A stretch of DNA of 64,000 bases. Source: Anaerovoracaceae bacterium (GTDB taxonomy: Bacteria > Bacillota > Clostridia > Peptostreptococcales > Anaerovoracaceae). The first letter of the stretch is position 1. Each line of letters starts with the position of its first letter. The stretch is taken from positions 45,780 to 109,779 of the forward strand of contig JAVXMY010000003.1 of the NCBI GenBank assembly GCA_036646055.1. The letters are read 5' to 3'. The notes under the pieces were generated by a model that was not told where the DNA came from, did no database searches, and was given only the letters and a program-made list of their open reading frames with translations. Shown here piece by piece: positions 38,775 to 49,657 of the stretch. Both the position numbers and the translations under genes were made by a program.

Positions 38775-40774
38775 TCAACTAGTAAAAAGTCAATCTCATG
38801 TGCACTCACAGAAACTGAGTGCACTTTTATTTTCACTAAATCTCCTAAAGTTATTGATCTTCCACTATGTTTCCCTATCATAGAGTACTTTTCCGGAACA
38901 TAATCATAATAATCATCGTTAATAGTTCCTATTCTAATTAAGCCTTCTATAGTATTAGGAAGTTCAACAAAAATACCAAAGCTAGATACTCCACTTACAA
39001 CACCTTCAAATGTGTCCCCAATAAATTGCTCCATGTATTCAGCCATTTTCATCTTTTCTACTTGTCTTTCAAGTTCTATAGCTTCTCTTTCAGTTCTAGA
39101 AGTAATTTCAGCTACGTTACTAACTTCTTCTTTGTATTTTTTTATTCTCTTACTATTAAGTTTGCCATGGATAGAGTCTTTTATAATTCTATGAATCATT
39201 AAATCTGCATATCTTCTAATTGGAGAAGTAAAATGACAGTAGTATTGAAGGGCTAACCCAAAATGGCCAGTACACTCAACATCATATCTAGCTTTTTGCA
39301 TAGACCTTAAAGTTACAGTATTGATTACACTCTCATAAGGTTCACCTTCAACATCTTCTAATATGTCGCTAAGCATCTTTGGCTTTACATCTTTTAAATC
39401 ACCCTTAAGGATTATCTTAAAACTATATAAGAAGGCTTTTAATTCTTCCATCTTTTCTAAAGATGGATTTTCATGAACACGATATACAAATGGCAACTCT
39501 TTTATTGCAAAATGTTTTGCAACTGTTTCATTTGCTAATAGCATAAATTCTTCAATTAGCTTATTGGCAGATCTTCGTTCTGCTATAGTTATGGATTCAA
39601 CCAAGCCATCCTTACCAAGAGAAATATTAGCCTCATCCAAATCAAAATCAAGGCTTCCCCTCATTCTTTTTTTCTTAGATAATATATTTGCTAATTGGGC
39701 CATAACATAAATATATTCATATTCTGCCTTTTTTTCATTGCTTTCTATAATATCTGATACATCCTTATAGACTAATCTTTTTTTAGAATGAATTACCGCC
39801 TCATAAATATCATAATTAATAACATTACCATTTAAGTCAATTTCCATATCACAACTTAATGTTAGCCTATCTTCATTTGGATTCAAACTACAAATACCGT
39901 TTGATAAGTCCTTAGGAAGCATTGGTATAACCTTATCTAAAAGATATATACTGTTACCCCTCTTTAACGCCTCTTGGTCCATATATTTGCCTTCTGAGAC
40001 ATAATGAGCAACGTCTGCTATATGCACTCCCAACAGATAATTTCCATTATCTAAAACTTCTACACAAACAGCATCATCGAAATCTTTTGAATCAGCCCCA
40101 TCTATTGTAACGATAAACTTATCTCGTAAATCTCTTCTAGTAGCAATTTCTTCATTAGTGATTATTTCCTTTGATTTAGCCTTAGCTTCTGCACATGCCC
40201 TACTTGGGAAAGTTTCAATAACATTTTGCTGCCTCATTAAAGCCTTAATGTCTCCACCAGCTTCACCTTTTCTACTAACAATCTCTATAATTTTGCCTTC
40301 TGCTTTTCTTTTTCCTTCTGGATATTTAATTATTTCTGCAACAACTTTATCTCCATCCCTGGCCTTACCTAAAAGTCTACCAACAATAAAAATATCATCA
40401 TTGATTTTTTTATCATCTGGAACAACAAAACCGAATTTACCATTAATAATTAGTGTTCCAACAATTTCACTGTACTTTCTCTTTACAATTTCTGTAATAA
40501 TGCCTTCTTTAGATTTTTCCCATAAGTGTGATGGTAATAAATCAACTTCTACCATGTCCCCCTCCATGGCAGAATTCATGTTAGAACTATTAATATAAAT
40601 ATCCTCGTCTTCGCCTTCAACTGTTACAAAACCAAAACCTCTTGCATGTTTTTGCAACACTCCAAGTAAGCCTGGTTCCTTAAGTTTATTCTTCTTTCTC
40701 CCAGATTTTTTTATGTTTTTTTCAAAAAAACTTATGTTTTTCTTTCTAGAAGTACTTTTCTTTTTTCTACTCAT
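38771..40774 (-). CDS. rnr: Ribonuclease R
   Basis: 667 aa with cold-shock/OB N-domains, an RNB core (DGADSKDFDDAV, SPIRRYADL) and a C-terminal S1 domain (FEGVVSGVSSFGIFVEL). Confidence 0.94.
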   Translation of the reverse strand: MSRKKKSTSRKKNISFFEKNIKKSGRKKNKLKEPGLLGVLQKHARGFGFVTVEGEDEDIYINSSNMNSAMEGDMVEVDLLPSHLWEKSKEGIITEIVKRKYSEIVGTLIINGKFGFVVPDDKKINDDIFIVGRLLGKARDGDKVVAEIIKYPEGKRKAEGKIIEIVSRKGEAGGDIKALMRQQNVIETFPSRACAEAKAKSKEIITNEEIATRRDLRDKFIVTIDGADSKDFDDAVCVEVLDNGNYLLGVHIADVAHYVSEGKYMDQEALKRGNSIYLLDKVIPMLPKDLSNGICSLNPNEDRLTLSCDMEIDLNGNVINYDIYEAVIHSKKRLVYKDVSDIIESNEKKAEYEYIYVMAQLANILSKKKRMRGSLDFDLDEANISLGKDGLVESITIAERRSANKLIEEFMLLANETVAKHFAIKELPFVYRVHENPSLEKMEELKAFLYSFKIILKGDLKDVKPKMLSDILEDVEGEPYESVINTVTLRSMQKARYDVECTGHFGLALQYYCHFTSPIRRYADLMIHRIIKDSIHGKLNSKRIKKYKEEVSNVAEITSRTEREAIELERQVEKMKMAEYMEQFIGDTFEGVVSGVSSFGIFVELPNTIEGLIRIGTINDDYYDYVPEKYSMIGKHSGRSITLGDLVKIKVHSVSVSAHEIDFLLVD

Positions 40775-40781
40775 CTTTTTC

Positions 40782-41483
40782 CTATTGTGCTATTAGCACC
40801 TTTCTTGCTTTTTCGTATTCAATTCTTTCATAATATCCTATTGCTAGTTTTTCAGACCTTTCAATATAGTCATTAACATCACCGTCTTTATTCAATTTAG
40901 CATTGTAGGCAAAAATCAAATTTATATAGCAACCAATATTAGGGTTATCCTCATATTGTATTAAAAGTTTCTTATGATTCTCTAAAATCATAGTTGCGTC
41001 ATGTTTCTTTTTTTGCTTAAATAATGCATAAAGATAATTGGTATAATAGGTTGCCTTAGCAAAACTATGAAGCCTAGAAACATCTAGTTTGCTTAGCAAT
41101 TTAATGGCTTTTTCAGTTCTACCTGTATGAATATATCCTACTGCAACATTTATATCTATTATAGCTTTATTTACATTATACTGCATATCCAAAAATGATT
41201 TTTTTCTGTTTTGAAGTTTAATTGTTTCCTTAAGGTATCTTTCAGCATCATGGTCATCATATAAAATGCTATTAGCCTTAAGAATATGCTTTTTTAGCCT
41301 CATAGTTGGCAAAATACCTAAAATAATATACGCTCCAAAAACAACAGCGATAAACACTAAATAAACCCAAATCGGGAATTTTCCAAATTTATCTTCATAA
41401 AGTACTTTTACAGTTCCTCCAATAAACCCTAAAACAACTACTATTATAAAAAATTTGATGTATTTTTTAGCTTCAGTCCCCAT
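40782..41483 (-). CDS. Hypothetical membrane-anchored protein (2 TM segments plus a helical-repeat, TPR-like domain)
   Basis: 233 aa with two N-terminal hydrophobic helices followed by an alpha-helical repeat-like region. I recognise no catalytic motif. Confidence 0.6.
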   Translation of the reverse strand: MGTEAKKYIKFFIIVVVLGFIGGTVKVLYEDKFGKFPIWVYLVFIAVVFGAYIILGILPTMRLKKHILKANSILYDDHDAERYLKETIKLQNRKKSFLDMQYNVNKAIIDINVAVGYIHTGRTEKAIKLLSKLDVSRLHSFAKATYYTNYLYALFKQKKKHDATMILENHKKLLIQYEDNPNIGCYINLIFAYNAKLNKDGDVNDYIERSEKLAIGYYERIEYEKARKVLIAQ

Positions 41484-41535
41484 AATAATCTCCTATAAAC
41501 AAATAGGCGAACAGCTTACGCCATCCGCCACTTTA

Positions 41536-42015
41536 CTAACCTTCAACAACGATTGTTTTAATAACCTGCTTTTCATGAGGGCAATCCATTGCATTTCTAG
41601 GCTGATTAACAATTTTATCTGCTTCTTCCATGCCTTCTATTACCTTACCAAAAGCTGCGTACTGTCCATCTAAATGGGGAGAAGTTTCAACCATTACAAA
41701 GAACTGTGAACCGCCTGAGTTAGGGTCCATAGCTCTAGCCATAGAAAGAACTCCTCTTTCATGCTTAATGTTATTTTCAACACCATTCATATTAAATTCA
41801 CCTTTAATTGTATGTCCTGGACCACCCATTCCATTACCATTTGGGCAACCACCCTGAATCATAAATCCTGGAATTACTCTATGAAATATTAGTCCATCAT
41901 AAAATCCATCATTGGCTAATTTCTCAAAGTTTGCAACTGTAATTGGCGCAATATCATCATATAGTTCTCCTGACATTACTCCACCATTTTCTAATTCAAT
42001 TCTAAATTTCTTCAT
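41536..42015 (-). CDS. ppiB: Cyclophilin-type peptidyl-prolyl cis-trans isomerase
   Basis: 159 aa with FHRVIPGFMIQGG, SMARA..PNSGGSQFF, LDGQYAAFG. Confidence 0.93.
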   Translation of the reverse strand: MKKFRIELENGGVMSGELYDDIAPITVANFEKLANDGFYDGLIFHRVIPGFMIQGGCPNGNGMGGPGHTIKGEFNMNGVENNIKHERGVLSMARAMDPNSGGSQFFVMVETSPHLDGQYAAFGKVIEGMEEADKIVNQPRNAMDCPHEKQVIKTIVVEG

Positions 42016-42473
42016 TTTGTCCTCCTTATTTTGTATACGTTTGTATGATTAAAATTATTTTCTTTTATTTTCCATAGCTCTTTTCTTAAATATTTTGGAT
42101 GAACTATTTCTAACTGATTTATTTCTTCTTTAGTAAAGTATCGCAATTCTCTCATTCTTTGATGTTCTGAATCAAATTCCGGATCAATACCTAACTTAAG
42201 TTCTCCAGAAACCACTTTTCCAACATAGTAATTTACAAATCTTTGACCTCTGCTTTCAGAAACTTCCTCCACATGCCAAATTAGCTTTTTGATTTTAATA
42301 TCTAAATTGGTTTCCTCTTTCATCTCTCTAATTGCAGCACAATGGGCAGTTTCCATTTCTTCAATTCCACCACCAGGTACCATCCAAATATCCTTACCTT
42401 CATGATGTTGTTTAACTAAAAGCAATCTGTCTTCATGATCAAATATTAAAACTCGAACTCCACCTACCCACAT
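42012..42473 (-). CDS. NUDIX hydrolase
   Basis: 153 aa with Nudix box GGGIEEMETAHCAAIREMKEETNL. Confidence 0.85.
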   Translation of the reverse strand: MWVGGVRVLIFDHEDRLLLVKQHHEGKDIWMVPGGGIEEMETAHCAAIREMKEETNLDIKIKKLIWHVEEVSESRGQRFVNYYVGKVVSGELKLGIDPEFDSEHQRMRELRYFTKEEINQLEIVHPKYLRKELWKIKENNFNHTNVYKIRRTK

Positions 42474-43033
42474 AAAAAGCCTCCTGCAAGGCCTATAATC
42501 ACAATAGCAATCATAGGATTGACTTTAAACTTACCAGTTAAAATAATTGTTATAATAGATAATATTATTGCTATTAGATTAACATATTCTAATGGATTTT
42601 GAAACAGATTAATCGTAAAAATATCCTGTTTTATTAAAACAGTATTTGAAATAATTACAGCAGCGGCACCAATTAGTCCTACTGTCGCCGGTCTAATACC
42701 CGCAACCATTCCTAAAGTCACCTTACTATTTTTGTATCTGTCTAAAAAGTGCATGGCAATTATAATTACAAGATATGAAGGTACTACAACTCCTAAAGTT
42801 GCAATAATTCCACCAAGCAGACCTGCATATTCAAGACCAACATAAGTTGCCGCATTTACAGCAATTGCTCCCGGCGTAACCTGACTTAATGCTAATAAAT
42901 TTGAAAATTCATCAACAGTCATGATTCCAAAATCCTCAATATTTTGAAAGATAATTGGGAGCATTACTAACCCTCCACCAAAGGAAAAAGCTCCAACCTT
43001 AAAAAATATCCAAAATAATATAATATATTTCAT
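42464..43033 (-). CDS. Chromate transporter family protein (short ChrA, second of a pair)
   Basis: 189 aa with FFKVGAFSFGGGLVMLP and ALSQVTPGAIAVN. Confidence 0.85.
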   Translation of the reverse strand: MKYIILFWIFFKVGAFSFGGGLVMLPIIFQNIEDFGIMTVDEFSNLLALSQVTPGAIAVNAATYVGLEYAGLLGGIIATLGVVVPSYLVIIIAMHFLDRYKNSKVTLGMVAGIRPATVGLIGAAAVIISNTVLIKQDIFTINLFQNPLEYVNLIAIILSIITIILTGKFKVNPMIAIVIIGLAGGFLCG

Positions 43034-43581
43034 TGGATTTTCACCACCGATCTAATAATTCCTAATGTACCGGCAATGGCAATAACAATTATTCCATTAA
43101 TATCAAGTAATACTACTGATAGAAATGCAATAATACAAATACCAAAGTCAACTTTGTCTTTAATAATTTGTTTACCCATTCTAAATGTTAAAACAACTAC
43201 TAAACCAACCAAAGCAGCTTTAATACCCACAAAAACACCCTGAATAAACCTGTTCTCATCAATATAATCTAAAGTTCCCATTAGTATTAGAATTACTAAA
43301 AATGATGGTAATAGCACTCCAAAAGTAGCAGTAAGACTTCCAACAATACCATCTTTTTTCTTGCCAATAAACGTAGATACATTTACAGCAACAACCCCTG
43401 GCACCGCCTGACTTAAAGCAATGCAATCAAGCATCTCTTCTTTTGTAAGCCACTTTTTTTTATTAACGACAATATCCTCAATGATTGGGACCATAGCCAG
43501 TCCCCCACCAATAGTAAAAAGACCAACCTTAAAAAACTCCCAAAACAAGATTAAATTTTCCATAACTCTTTTGTTTTTCAT
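43030..43581 (-). CDS. Chromate transporter family protein (short ChrA, first of a pair)
   Basis: 183 aa with FFKVGLFTIGGGLAMVP and ALSQAVPGVVAVN. Confidence 0.85.
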   Translation of the reverse strand: MKNKRVMENLILFWEFFKVGLFTIGGGLAMVPIIEDIVVNKKKWLTKEEMLDCIALSQAVPGVVAVNVSTFIGKKKDGIVGSLTATFGVLLPSFLVILILMGTLDYIDENRFIQGVFVGIKAALVGLVVVLTFRMGKQIIKDKVDFGICIIAFLSVVLLDINGIIVIAIAGTLGIIRSVVKIQ

Positions 43582-43583
43582 CG

Positions 43584-44189
43584 TTACATTTCAACCTTCT
43601 TCAAATGGATATTTTCTTTGACACTTACAAGTCTAATAACTAAAGTAACCCCAAAGCAAATATACATAGCAGTAGTTTCAAAAAAGAATTTATATCCTAC
43701 TATATAAGTAATAGCACCGATCAAAGAGGCAACTGCATAGACTTCCTTTTTAAACACAAAAGGAACTTCTCTAGCACAAATATCTCTAATAACCCCTCCA
43801 CCTGTTCCTGTTAACTGTGATAATGTAATAATTACAAAGGGAGACATTAATCCATGATTAATAGCCACCTCACAACCAATAGCTGTAAAAGCAGCTAATC
43901 CGATTGCGTCACAAATAACAATTACATTATGTAATTTTTTTATTCTCTTATAGAACAAAATTACTACTGCCGCCGTTGCAACACTAACTATGACATATAA
44001 CGGGTTATCTAGAGCTACTGGAATATTCAAATCTATTATGATATCTCTAATTATTCCTCCACCAACTGAAGTAATAATAGCAAGAAAAACTATCCCATAA
44101 TAATCAAGATTACTTTCAATAGCAACCATGGCCCCTGTTATTGCAAAGGCTATAGTCCCTATCATTTCCATAGCAGAAATAAACTCCAT
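43584..44189 (-). CDS. Trimeric intracellular cation channel-like (UPF0126/YadS) membrane protein
   Basis: 201 aa with two internal repeats carrying glycine-rich GGGIIRD and GGGVIRD motifs. Confidence 0.8.
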   Translation of the reverse strand: MEFISAMEMIGTIAFAITGAMVAIESNLDYYGIVFLAIITSVGGGIIRDIIIDLNIPVALDNPLYVIVSVATAAVVILFYKRIKKLHNVIVICDAIGLAAFTAIGCEVAINHGLMSPFVIITLSQLTGTGGGVIRDICAREVPFVFKKEVYAVASLIGAITYIVGYKFFFETTAMYICFGVTLVIRLVSVKENIHLKKVEM

Positions 44190-45916
44190 TATTTCTCCTC
44201 GTTTACAACTTTTATTGCTCTCGTAATAGCATCATCAATAGTAATTTCTTCTTTATCCGCATCTCTTCTTAGCTTATATTCAACAACACCAGAAGCCGCG
44301 CCCTTGCCTACTGTAATTCTTACAGGAATACCTAACAAATCGGCATCCTTAAATTTAACACCAGGTCTTTCTTTTCTATCGTCTAAAAGTACTTCTACTC
44401 CTGCAGCCTTTAACTCATTATAAATCTTTTCCGCAGTTTCAATTTGAACCTGATCATCAATCTTAACTAAAGTAATAATTGCATGATAAGGAGCAACAGA
44501 CATTGGCCAGATAATACCATTTTCATCGTTATGCTGTTCAACAACTGCAGCTAAAGTTCTTGTAACCCCAATACCATAGCAGCCCATAACAATATTATGA
44601 TCCTTCTGATTTTCATCTTTATATGTAGCACCCATAGCTTCACTATATTTAGTACCAAGCTTAAACACCTGGCCTACTTCAATTCCTCTAGCATGTTTAA
44701 CTGGAGCTCCGCAAACAGGACATGGATCCCCTTCCAAAAGCGTCTTTAAATCAGCAACAATATCAGCCGTATAATCTCTACCATAATTAACATTTTTAAT
44801 ATGATAATCAGCCTTATTAGCACCAGCAACTAAATTCTTTAATCCCGGAATTTCATTATCCACAACAACCTTACAGTCATGTAAACCAATAGGACCAGTA
44901 AATCCAGCCACAGCACCAATGGCCTCTTCAAGTTCAGCTTCATCAGCAAACTCAATAGCATGCTCCGCAATACCTAAAGCATTTACAAGTTTAGTCATGT
45001 TCAATTCTCTATCACCACGAACAAAGGCAACAACATATCCATTTTTGTTACCATCGTCATCATATGTAACAAACATAAGCGCTTTAAGGGTATACTCTTG
45101 GTCCATACCAAGGAAGTTAGCAACATCTTCAATTGTCTTAGCCTCAGGTGTAGCAACATTTTCTAATGGAAGCATTTCACTGTTATCTACCGGTGCATTA
45201 ACCACCTCTGCCCTTTCAATTGTAGCCGCCATATCGCAACTATTACAGTATGCAATTTCACTCTCACCAACTTCAGATAATGCAGTAAATTCATGAGAAT
45301 TGGACCCACCAATGGCTCCAGAGTCAGCTTCTACAGGTCTACAGTTTAGGCCGCAACGGGAAAAAATACGCTCATAGGCAGCATACATTTCTTTGTAACT
45401 TTCGTCTAATCCAGCTTCATCTTTGTCGAAAGAATAAGCATCCTTCATAATAAACTCTCTACTTCTCATAAGTCCAAATCTTGGTCTAGCTTCATCTCTA
45501 TATTTTGTCTGAATCTGATATAAATTTAGTGGAAGTTGTCTATGTGAAGACACATCGTTTCTAACAATATCCGTAAATATTTCTTCATGTGTAGGTCCTA
45601 AGCAAAACTCTCTACCATGTCTATCTTTTAGTCTCCATAATTCCGGTCCATAGGCATTCCATCTTCCTGATTCATGCCATAACTCTGCTGGCTGAACTGC
45701 TGACATATGGATTTCCTGAGCACCCTTGTTATCCATCTCTTCTCTAATAATATCTTCAATCTTACGAACAGATCTCCATCCAAGTGGCATAAATCCGTAA
45801 ACACCTGAAACAAGTTTTTTAATCATGCCTGTTCTAACAAGTAAAATATGACTTGCGATCTCTGCTTCGTTTGGTACTTCTCTTAATGTTTTTAAATGCA
45901 TCTTTGAAAGTCTCAT
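44189..45916 (-). CDS. proS: Proline--tRNA ligase (bacterial type with INS editing domain)
   Basis: 575 aa with [40 protein letters not shown] and a central editing insertion. Confidence 0.95.
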   Translation of the reverse strand: MRLSKMHLKTLREVPNEAEIASHILLVRTGMIKKLVSGVYGFMPLGWRSVRKIEDIIREEMDNKGAQEIHMSAVQPAELWHESGRWNAYGPELWRLKDRHGREFCLGPTHEEIFTDIVRNDVSSHRQLPLNLYQIQTKYRDEARPRFGLMRSREFIMKDAYSFDKDEAGLDESYKEMYAAYERIFSRCGLNCRPVEADSGAIGGSNSHEFTALSEVGESEIAYCNSCDMAATIERAEVVNAPVDNSEMLPLENVATPEAKTIEDVANFLGMDQEYTLKALMFVTYDDDGNKNGYVVAFVRGDRELNMTKLVNALGIAEHAIEFADEAELEEAIGAVAGFTGPIGLHDCKVVVDNEIPGLKNLVAGANKADYHIKNVNYGRDYTADIVADLKTLLEGDPCPVCGAPVKHARGIEVGQVFKLGTKYSEAMGATYKDENQKDHNIVMGCYGIGVTRTLAAVVEQHNDENGIIWPMSVAPYHAIITLVKIDDQVQIETAEKIYNELKAAGVEVLLDDRKERPGVKFKDADLLGIPVRITVGKGAASGVVEYKLRRDADKEEITIDDAITRAIKVVNEEK

Positions 45917-45941
45917 AAATAAAATTTCTCCTTCTTATATC

Positions 45942-47081
45942 CTATAAATTTAATAAACAAACTGCTTCTGCAGCAATACCCTCTTCTCTACCGACAAAAC
46001 CAAGTTTTTCAGTAGTAGTACCCTTTATATTAACTTGATAAGGGAATATTCCAAGAGCCGCCGCTATATTTTTTTTCATAGCCTCTATATAACCTGAAAT
46101 CTTCGGTCGTTGAGCCATTACTGTAATATCAACATTTGAAATAGTAACACCTTTTCGGGATAACTTCAACCCTACATTGCGCAATAATTCCATACTACTA
46201 ATATCCTTATATTTAATATCAGTGTCTGGGAACAATTTACCTATGTCACCCATATTTGAACCACCTAAAAGGGCATCCATTAAGGCATGTGTCAAAACAT
46301 CTGCATCTGAATGGCCAAGTAGTCCTTTTTCATGAGGAATATTAACTCCTCCCAAAATCAACCTTCGCCCCTCAACTAGTCTATGTACATCATATCCATG
46401 ACCTACACCCATTGTTTTTGGAATATCTTCAGGAGTAGTAACTTTATAGTTCCCATAATCGCCTTCAACAATGGCAACCCTATAACCTAGTGCCTCTACT
46501 AGGCTTGCGTCATCGGTTCCCTCAAGTCTATTTATTGTAGCCTTTTCATAGGATTCTATAAGAAGACCAATATCAAACCCTTGTGGAGTCTGCACATGAA
46601 GTAATTGGCCTCTATCTAATGTTCTTTCTCTAGTCCTAATGGTATCCTTGGGTTTAACACAAGCAACAGCAGCTCCAGTTTCAATAGTCCTAGAAATAGT
46701 TCTATTAATTACATCCTCTGAAACAAAAGGTCTTGCCCCATCGTGAACAAGAACATGAGTAAAGGAATTGTCCAAATTTTTTATGGCTTTTAATCCTCTA
46801 TAAACAGAATCTTGTCTGCTATCTCCACCTTGGATTATAGCACCCATTTTTTTTCTTTCATCAAAAGATGTACATGACATGACTAAATCTTTGCATGTTT
46901 CCATGTACTCTTCGTTTGTTACTATAAAAATTTTATCAACTAACTGACTCTTAGCAAAAGCTTTATAAGTTTTAGCTATCATTGGTATACCGCTAATACT
47001 CATAAACTGTTTTGGAACCTCTGATCCCATTCTAGTTCCTTTGCCTGCTGCAGCAATTATAACTCCTATTTTATTTTGCAT
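45942..47081 (-). CDS. ispDF: Bifunctional IspD/IspF (MEP cytidylyltransferase / MEcPP synthase)
   Basis: The single 379-aa ORF has an IspD N-terminal half ([29 protein letters not shown]) and an IspF C-terminal half ([21 protein letters not shown]). Confidence 0.92.
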   Translation of the reverse strand: MQNKIGVIIAAAGKGTRMGSEVPKQFMSISGIPMIAKTYKAFAKSQLVDKIFIVTNEEYMETCKDLVMSCTSFDERKKMGAIIQGGDSRQDSVYRGLKAIKNLDNSFTHVLVHDGARPFVSEDVINRTISRTIETGAAVACVKPKDTIRTRERTLDRGQLLHVQTPQGFDIGLLIESYEKATINRLEGTDDASLVEALGYRVAIVEGDYGNYKVTTPEDIPKTMGVGHGYDVHRLVEGRRLILGGVNIPHEKGLLGHSDADVLTHALMDALLGGSNMGDIGKLFPDTDIKYKDISSMELLRNVGLKLSRKGVTISNVDITVMAQRPKISGYIEAMKKNIAAALGIFPYQVNIKGTTTEKLGFVGREEGIAAEAVCLLNL

Positions 47082-47084
47082 AAT

Positions 47085-48194
47085 TTAAGAATTCTCCGGT
47101 TTACTAAATATCATTCTTCCTGCAGAAGTTTGCAGAACAGTTGTTACTACCACTCTAATTGTAGATCCTATGTATTTTCTACCATGTTCAACTACAATCA
47201 TTGTACCATCATCTAAATAAGCCAAGGCTTGGTCTCTTTCTTTACCTTCCTTAACAAGGAATAGTTCCATGTTTTCTCCAGGTAAAACTACTGGCTTCAA
47301 AGTATTTGCTAGTTCATTAATGTTTAAAACTTCAACATCTTTTATCTTTGCTACCTTGTTTAAGTTGTAATCATTTGTAACAACTTTGCCTTTTAAAATT
47401 TGAGCAAGCTTAATAAGTTTAACATCTACTTCTGGAATTTCATCCAAAGCTTTTTCAGAATTAGTATTGTATATCTCAATGCCATAATCCGTTTGAATTT
47501 TATTTAAAATATCAAGACCTCGTCTGCCTCTAGTTCTTTTAAGACTATCTGATGAATCTGCAATATGTCTTAATTCTACTAATACAAATTCCGGAATAAC
47601 TACCGTACCTTCAAGGAAACCCGTCTTCATAATATCCATAATTCTACCATCGATAATTACACTTGTGTCAAAAATCTTAGGAGAAGCATCCGCTCCCTTT
47701 TCTCTATTTTTGCCCCCAACAGATGATAGTTTTCTAGCAGTCATAACAGAATTGAATAAATCCTTGCCTCTTTCACTAGAAACGATATAGCCTAAGTATC
47801 CTAATATCAAATATGTGACTATGGATAAAGCGGCCCCTAAATAAGGAATTTGAATTTGAGTATAAATATGGCTTAATAAAAAAGCAACTACAAAGCCAAG
47901 AATCAATCCCACTGTGCCACTAATTAACTTATTAGTAGAAATTGTACTCAGATCTTCCTCAATTCCTCTGGCAACCTTTTCACTTTTATTACTTAATGCT
48001 GGCATATATCTAAAAAATAAAATACCAAAAATAATTCCGAAAAATGAACCAGCAACAACATTTTGCCAATTCTGCATTGAATCAAATATACCAGGTGAGC
48101 TTAAATCGATTAAAAACTTACATAATGAATAAAATCCAAAGCCGACAACAGTACCAACAATAGTAAAAATTACACGTAAAAATTTCTTAAGCAT
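47085..48194 (-). CDS. PIN/TRAM domain-containing membrane protein (YacL-like)
   Basis: 369 aa with N-terminal TM helices, a PIN domain (IFDTSVIIDGRI) and a TRAM-like C-terminus. It is syntenic with ispD. Confidence 0.82.
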   Translation of the reverse strand: MLKKFLRVIFTIVGTVVGFGFYSLCKFLIDLSSPGIFDSMQNWQNVVAGSFFGIIFGILFFRYMPALSNKSEKVARGIEEDLSTISTNKLISGTVGLILGFVVAFLLSHIYTQIQIPYLGAALSIVTYLILGYLGYIVSSERGKDLFNSVMTARKLSSVGGKNREKGADASPKIFDTSVIIDGRIMDIMKTGFLEGTVVIPEFVLVELRHIADSSDSLKRTRGRRGLDILNKIQTDYGIEIYNTNSEKALDEIPEVDVKLIKLAQILKGKVVTNDYNLNKVAKIKDVEVLNINELANTLKPVVLPGENMELFLVKEGKERDQALAYLDDGTMIVVEHGRKYIGSTIRVVVTTVLQTSAGRMIFSKPENS

Positions 48195-48250
48195 ACTTAC
48201 CTCCTTTCTTTTTTAATATAATAAAATAACGATAATATAACAATATGAAG

Positions 48251-48730
48251 CTATACCAAAACAGCTTCACAAACCATATTCTTTGCTTCATCTAAAGAAA
48301 CATTTCTAATTAAAATAATCTCACTTGCCAAAATTTGCATAGCAGTTGACAATAATTTCTTTTCCCCTGTAGAAAGTGGCTTAACCTCTTCTATTCTCAC
48401 AAGATTTCTTACAACTTCAGCCGTCTCAAAAATGTCACCAGTTTTTAATTTCCCCATGTTCTCACGGTTTCTGCGATTCCAATTATCTGACATCTCTGTA
48501 GATTCGCCCTTCAAAACGTCAAAAACTTCTAAGATTTCACTTTCTGATAAAATAGATCTTACCCCTATCTCATCTGTTTTATCCACTGGAATCATAACCT
48601 TCATATCCCCATAAGGAATGTGAAGAATGTAATACTTTCTGTCTTTTCCTAAGATGTTTTTCATCTCTATATCTTCAATTATTCCCGCACCATGCATGGG
48701 ATATACAATTTTATCTCCTACATTAAACAT
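48251..48730 (-). CDS. carD: CarD/CdnL-family RNA-polymerase-binding transcription factor
   Basis: 159 aa with MFNVGDKIVYPMHGAGIIEDIE (Tudor-like RID) and a helical C-domain. Confidence 0.9.
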   Translation of the reverse strand: MFNVGDKIVYPMHGAGIIEDIEMKNILGKDRKYYILHIPYGDMKVMIPVDKTDEIGVRSILSESEILEVFDVLKGESTEMSDNWNRRNRENMGKLKTGDIFETAEVVRNLVRIEEVKPLSTGEKKLLSTAMQILASEIILIRNVSLDEAKNMVCEAVLV

Positions 48731-48907
48731 TTTTGCTCCTTCCTACTTACTAACACATATTAGTATACTTCATCACACAATAAAAAGTCAAGGTAATGTA
48801 AAATTTACTACTATATCATATAAGAAAAACACTGTCAACTCATTTCCTTTATTATTTGCCACAAATTTTATTCTTTGTGAAAAGAAATCCAATCAAAACC
48901 AAATTAT

Positions 48908-48936
48908 TTCGTAATTCTTAAAATTTATGGTACAAT
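48908..48936 (+). promoter_or_regulatory. Putative promoter of the two-component operon (TTCGTA-17-TGgTACAAT)
   Basis: The extended -10 is TGGTACAAT (TACAAT at 48931-48936), about 28 nt upstream of the response-regulator ATG. The -35 is weak. Confidence 0.4.
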
Positions 48937-48964
48937 AGCAATTATAAATAGGAGGACAAAATTT

Positions 48965-49657
48965 ATGAATAGATTATTAGTTGTTGATGATGAAGTTAGA
49001 ATCAGAGATGTAATTAGAGAATATGCTGAAGTTTATGACTTTGAAGTTACCGAAGCTGAAGACGGCGAAGAAGCTGTTGCACTATGTAAATCCAATGATT
49101 ATGAGTTAATTATTATGGATATTATGATGCCAAAACTAGATGGTTTTAGTGCTTGTAAAGAAATAAAAAAATTCAAGAATATACCTGTTATTTTATTGTC
49201 TGCTAGAAGCGAAGAATATGATAAACTTTTTGGTTTTGAACTTGGCATTGATGATTACGTAATTAAACCATTTAGTCCAAAAGAACTTTTTGCAAGAGCT
49301 ATGGCTGTTGTTGCAAGACATAAAGCCGCAGCGACTACTGCTATACCTATGGATAATGATGTAACAACATCTTATACTTTCCAAGGGTTAGAAATAGATC
49401 TAAAAGCTAGATCTGTTATAGTAGATGGAGAAAAAATAGATTTAACTCCAAAGGAATATGAATTATTAGTTTATTTAATCGAAAATAAAAACACAGCTCT
49501 TTCAAGAGATGTTCTTTTATCTGAAATTTGGGGCTATGATTTTTATGGAGATGACAGAACCATTGATACTCATATTAAAAATCTAAGAAATAGCTTAGGT
49601 GATTACAGAGATTTTATTGTAACATTAAGAGGGGTTGGATACAAATTTGAAGCATAG
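48965..49657 (+). CDS. OmpR-family response regulator
   Basis: 230 aa with a receiver domain (LLVVDDE, MDIMMPKLDG, KP) and a winged-helix output (LTPKEYELL, TIDTHIKNLR, RGVGYKF). Confidence 0.92.
   Translation: MNRLLVVDDEVRIRDVIREYAEVYDFEVTEAEDGEEAVALCKSNDYELIIMDIMMPKLDGFSACKEIKKFKNIPVILLSARSEEYDKLFGFELGIDDYVIKPFSPKELFARAMAVVARHKAAATTAIPMDNDVTTSYTFQGLEIDLKARSVIVDGEKIDLTPKEYELLVYLIENKNTALSRDVLLSEIWGYDFYGDDRTIDTHIKNLRNSLGDYRDFIVTLRGVGYKFEA

Noticed and set aside
42464-43581. Two adjacent half-size ChrA genes, considered as a possible split or pseudogenised transporter.
   Set aside because: Paired short-chain ChrA genes are a well-known native arrangement. Both ORFs are intact and overlap by 4 nt, as expected for a heterodimer operon.
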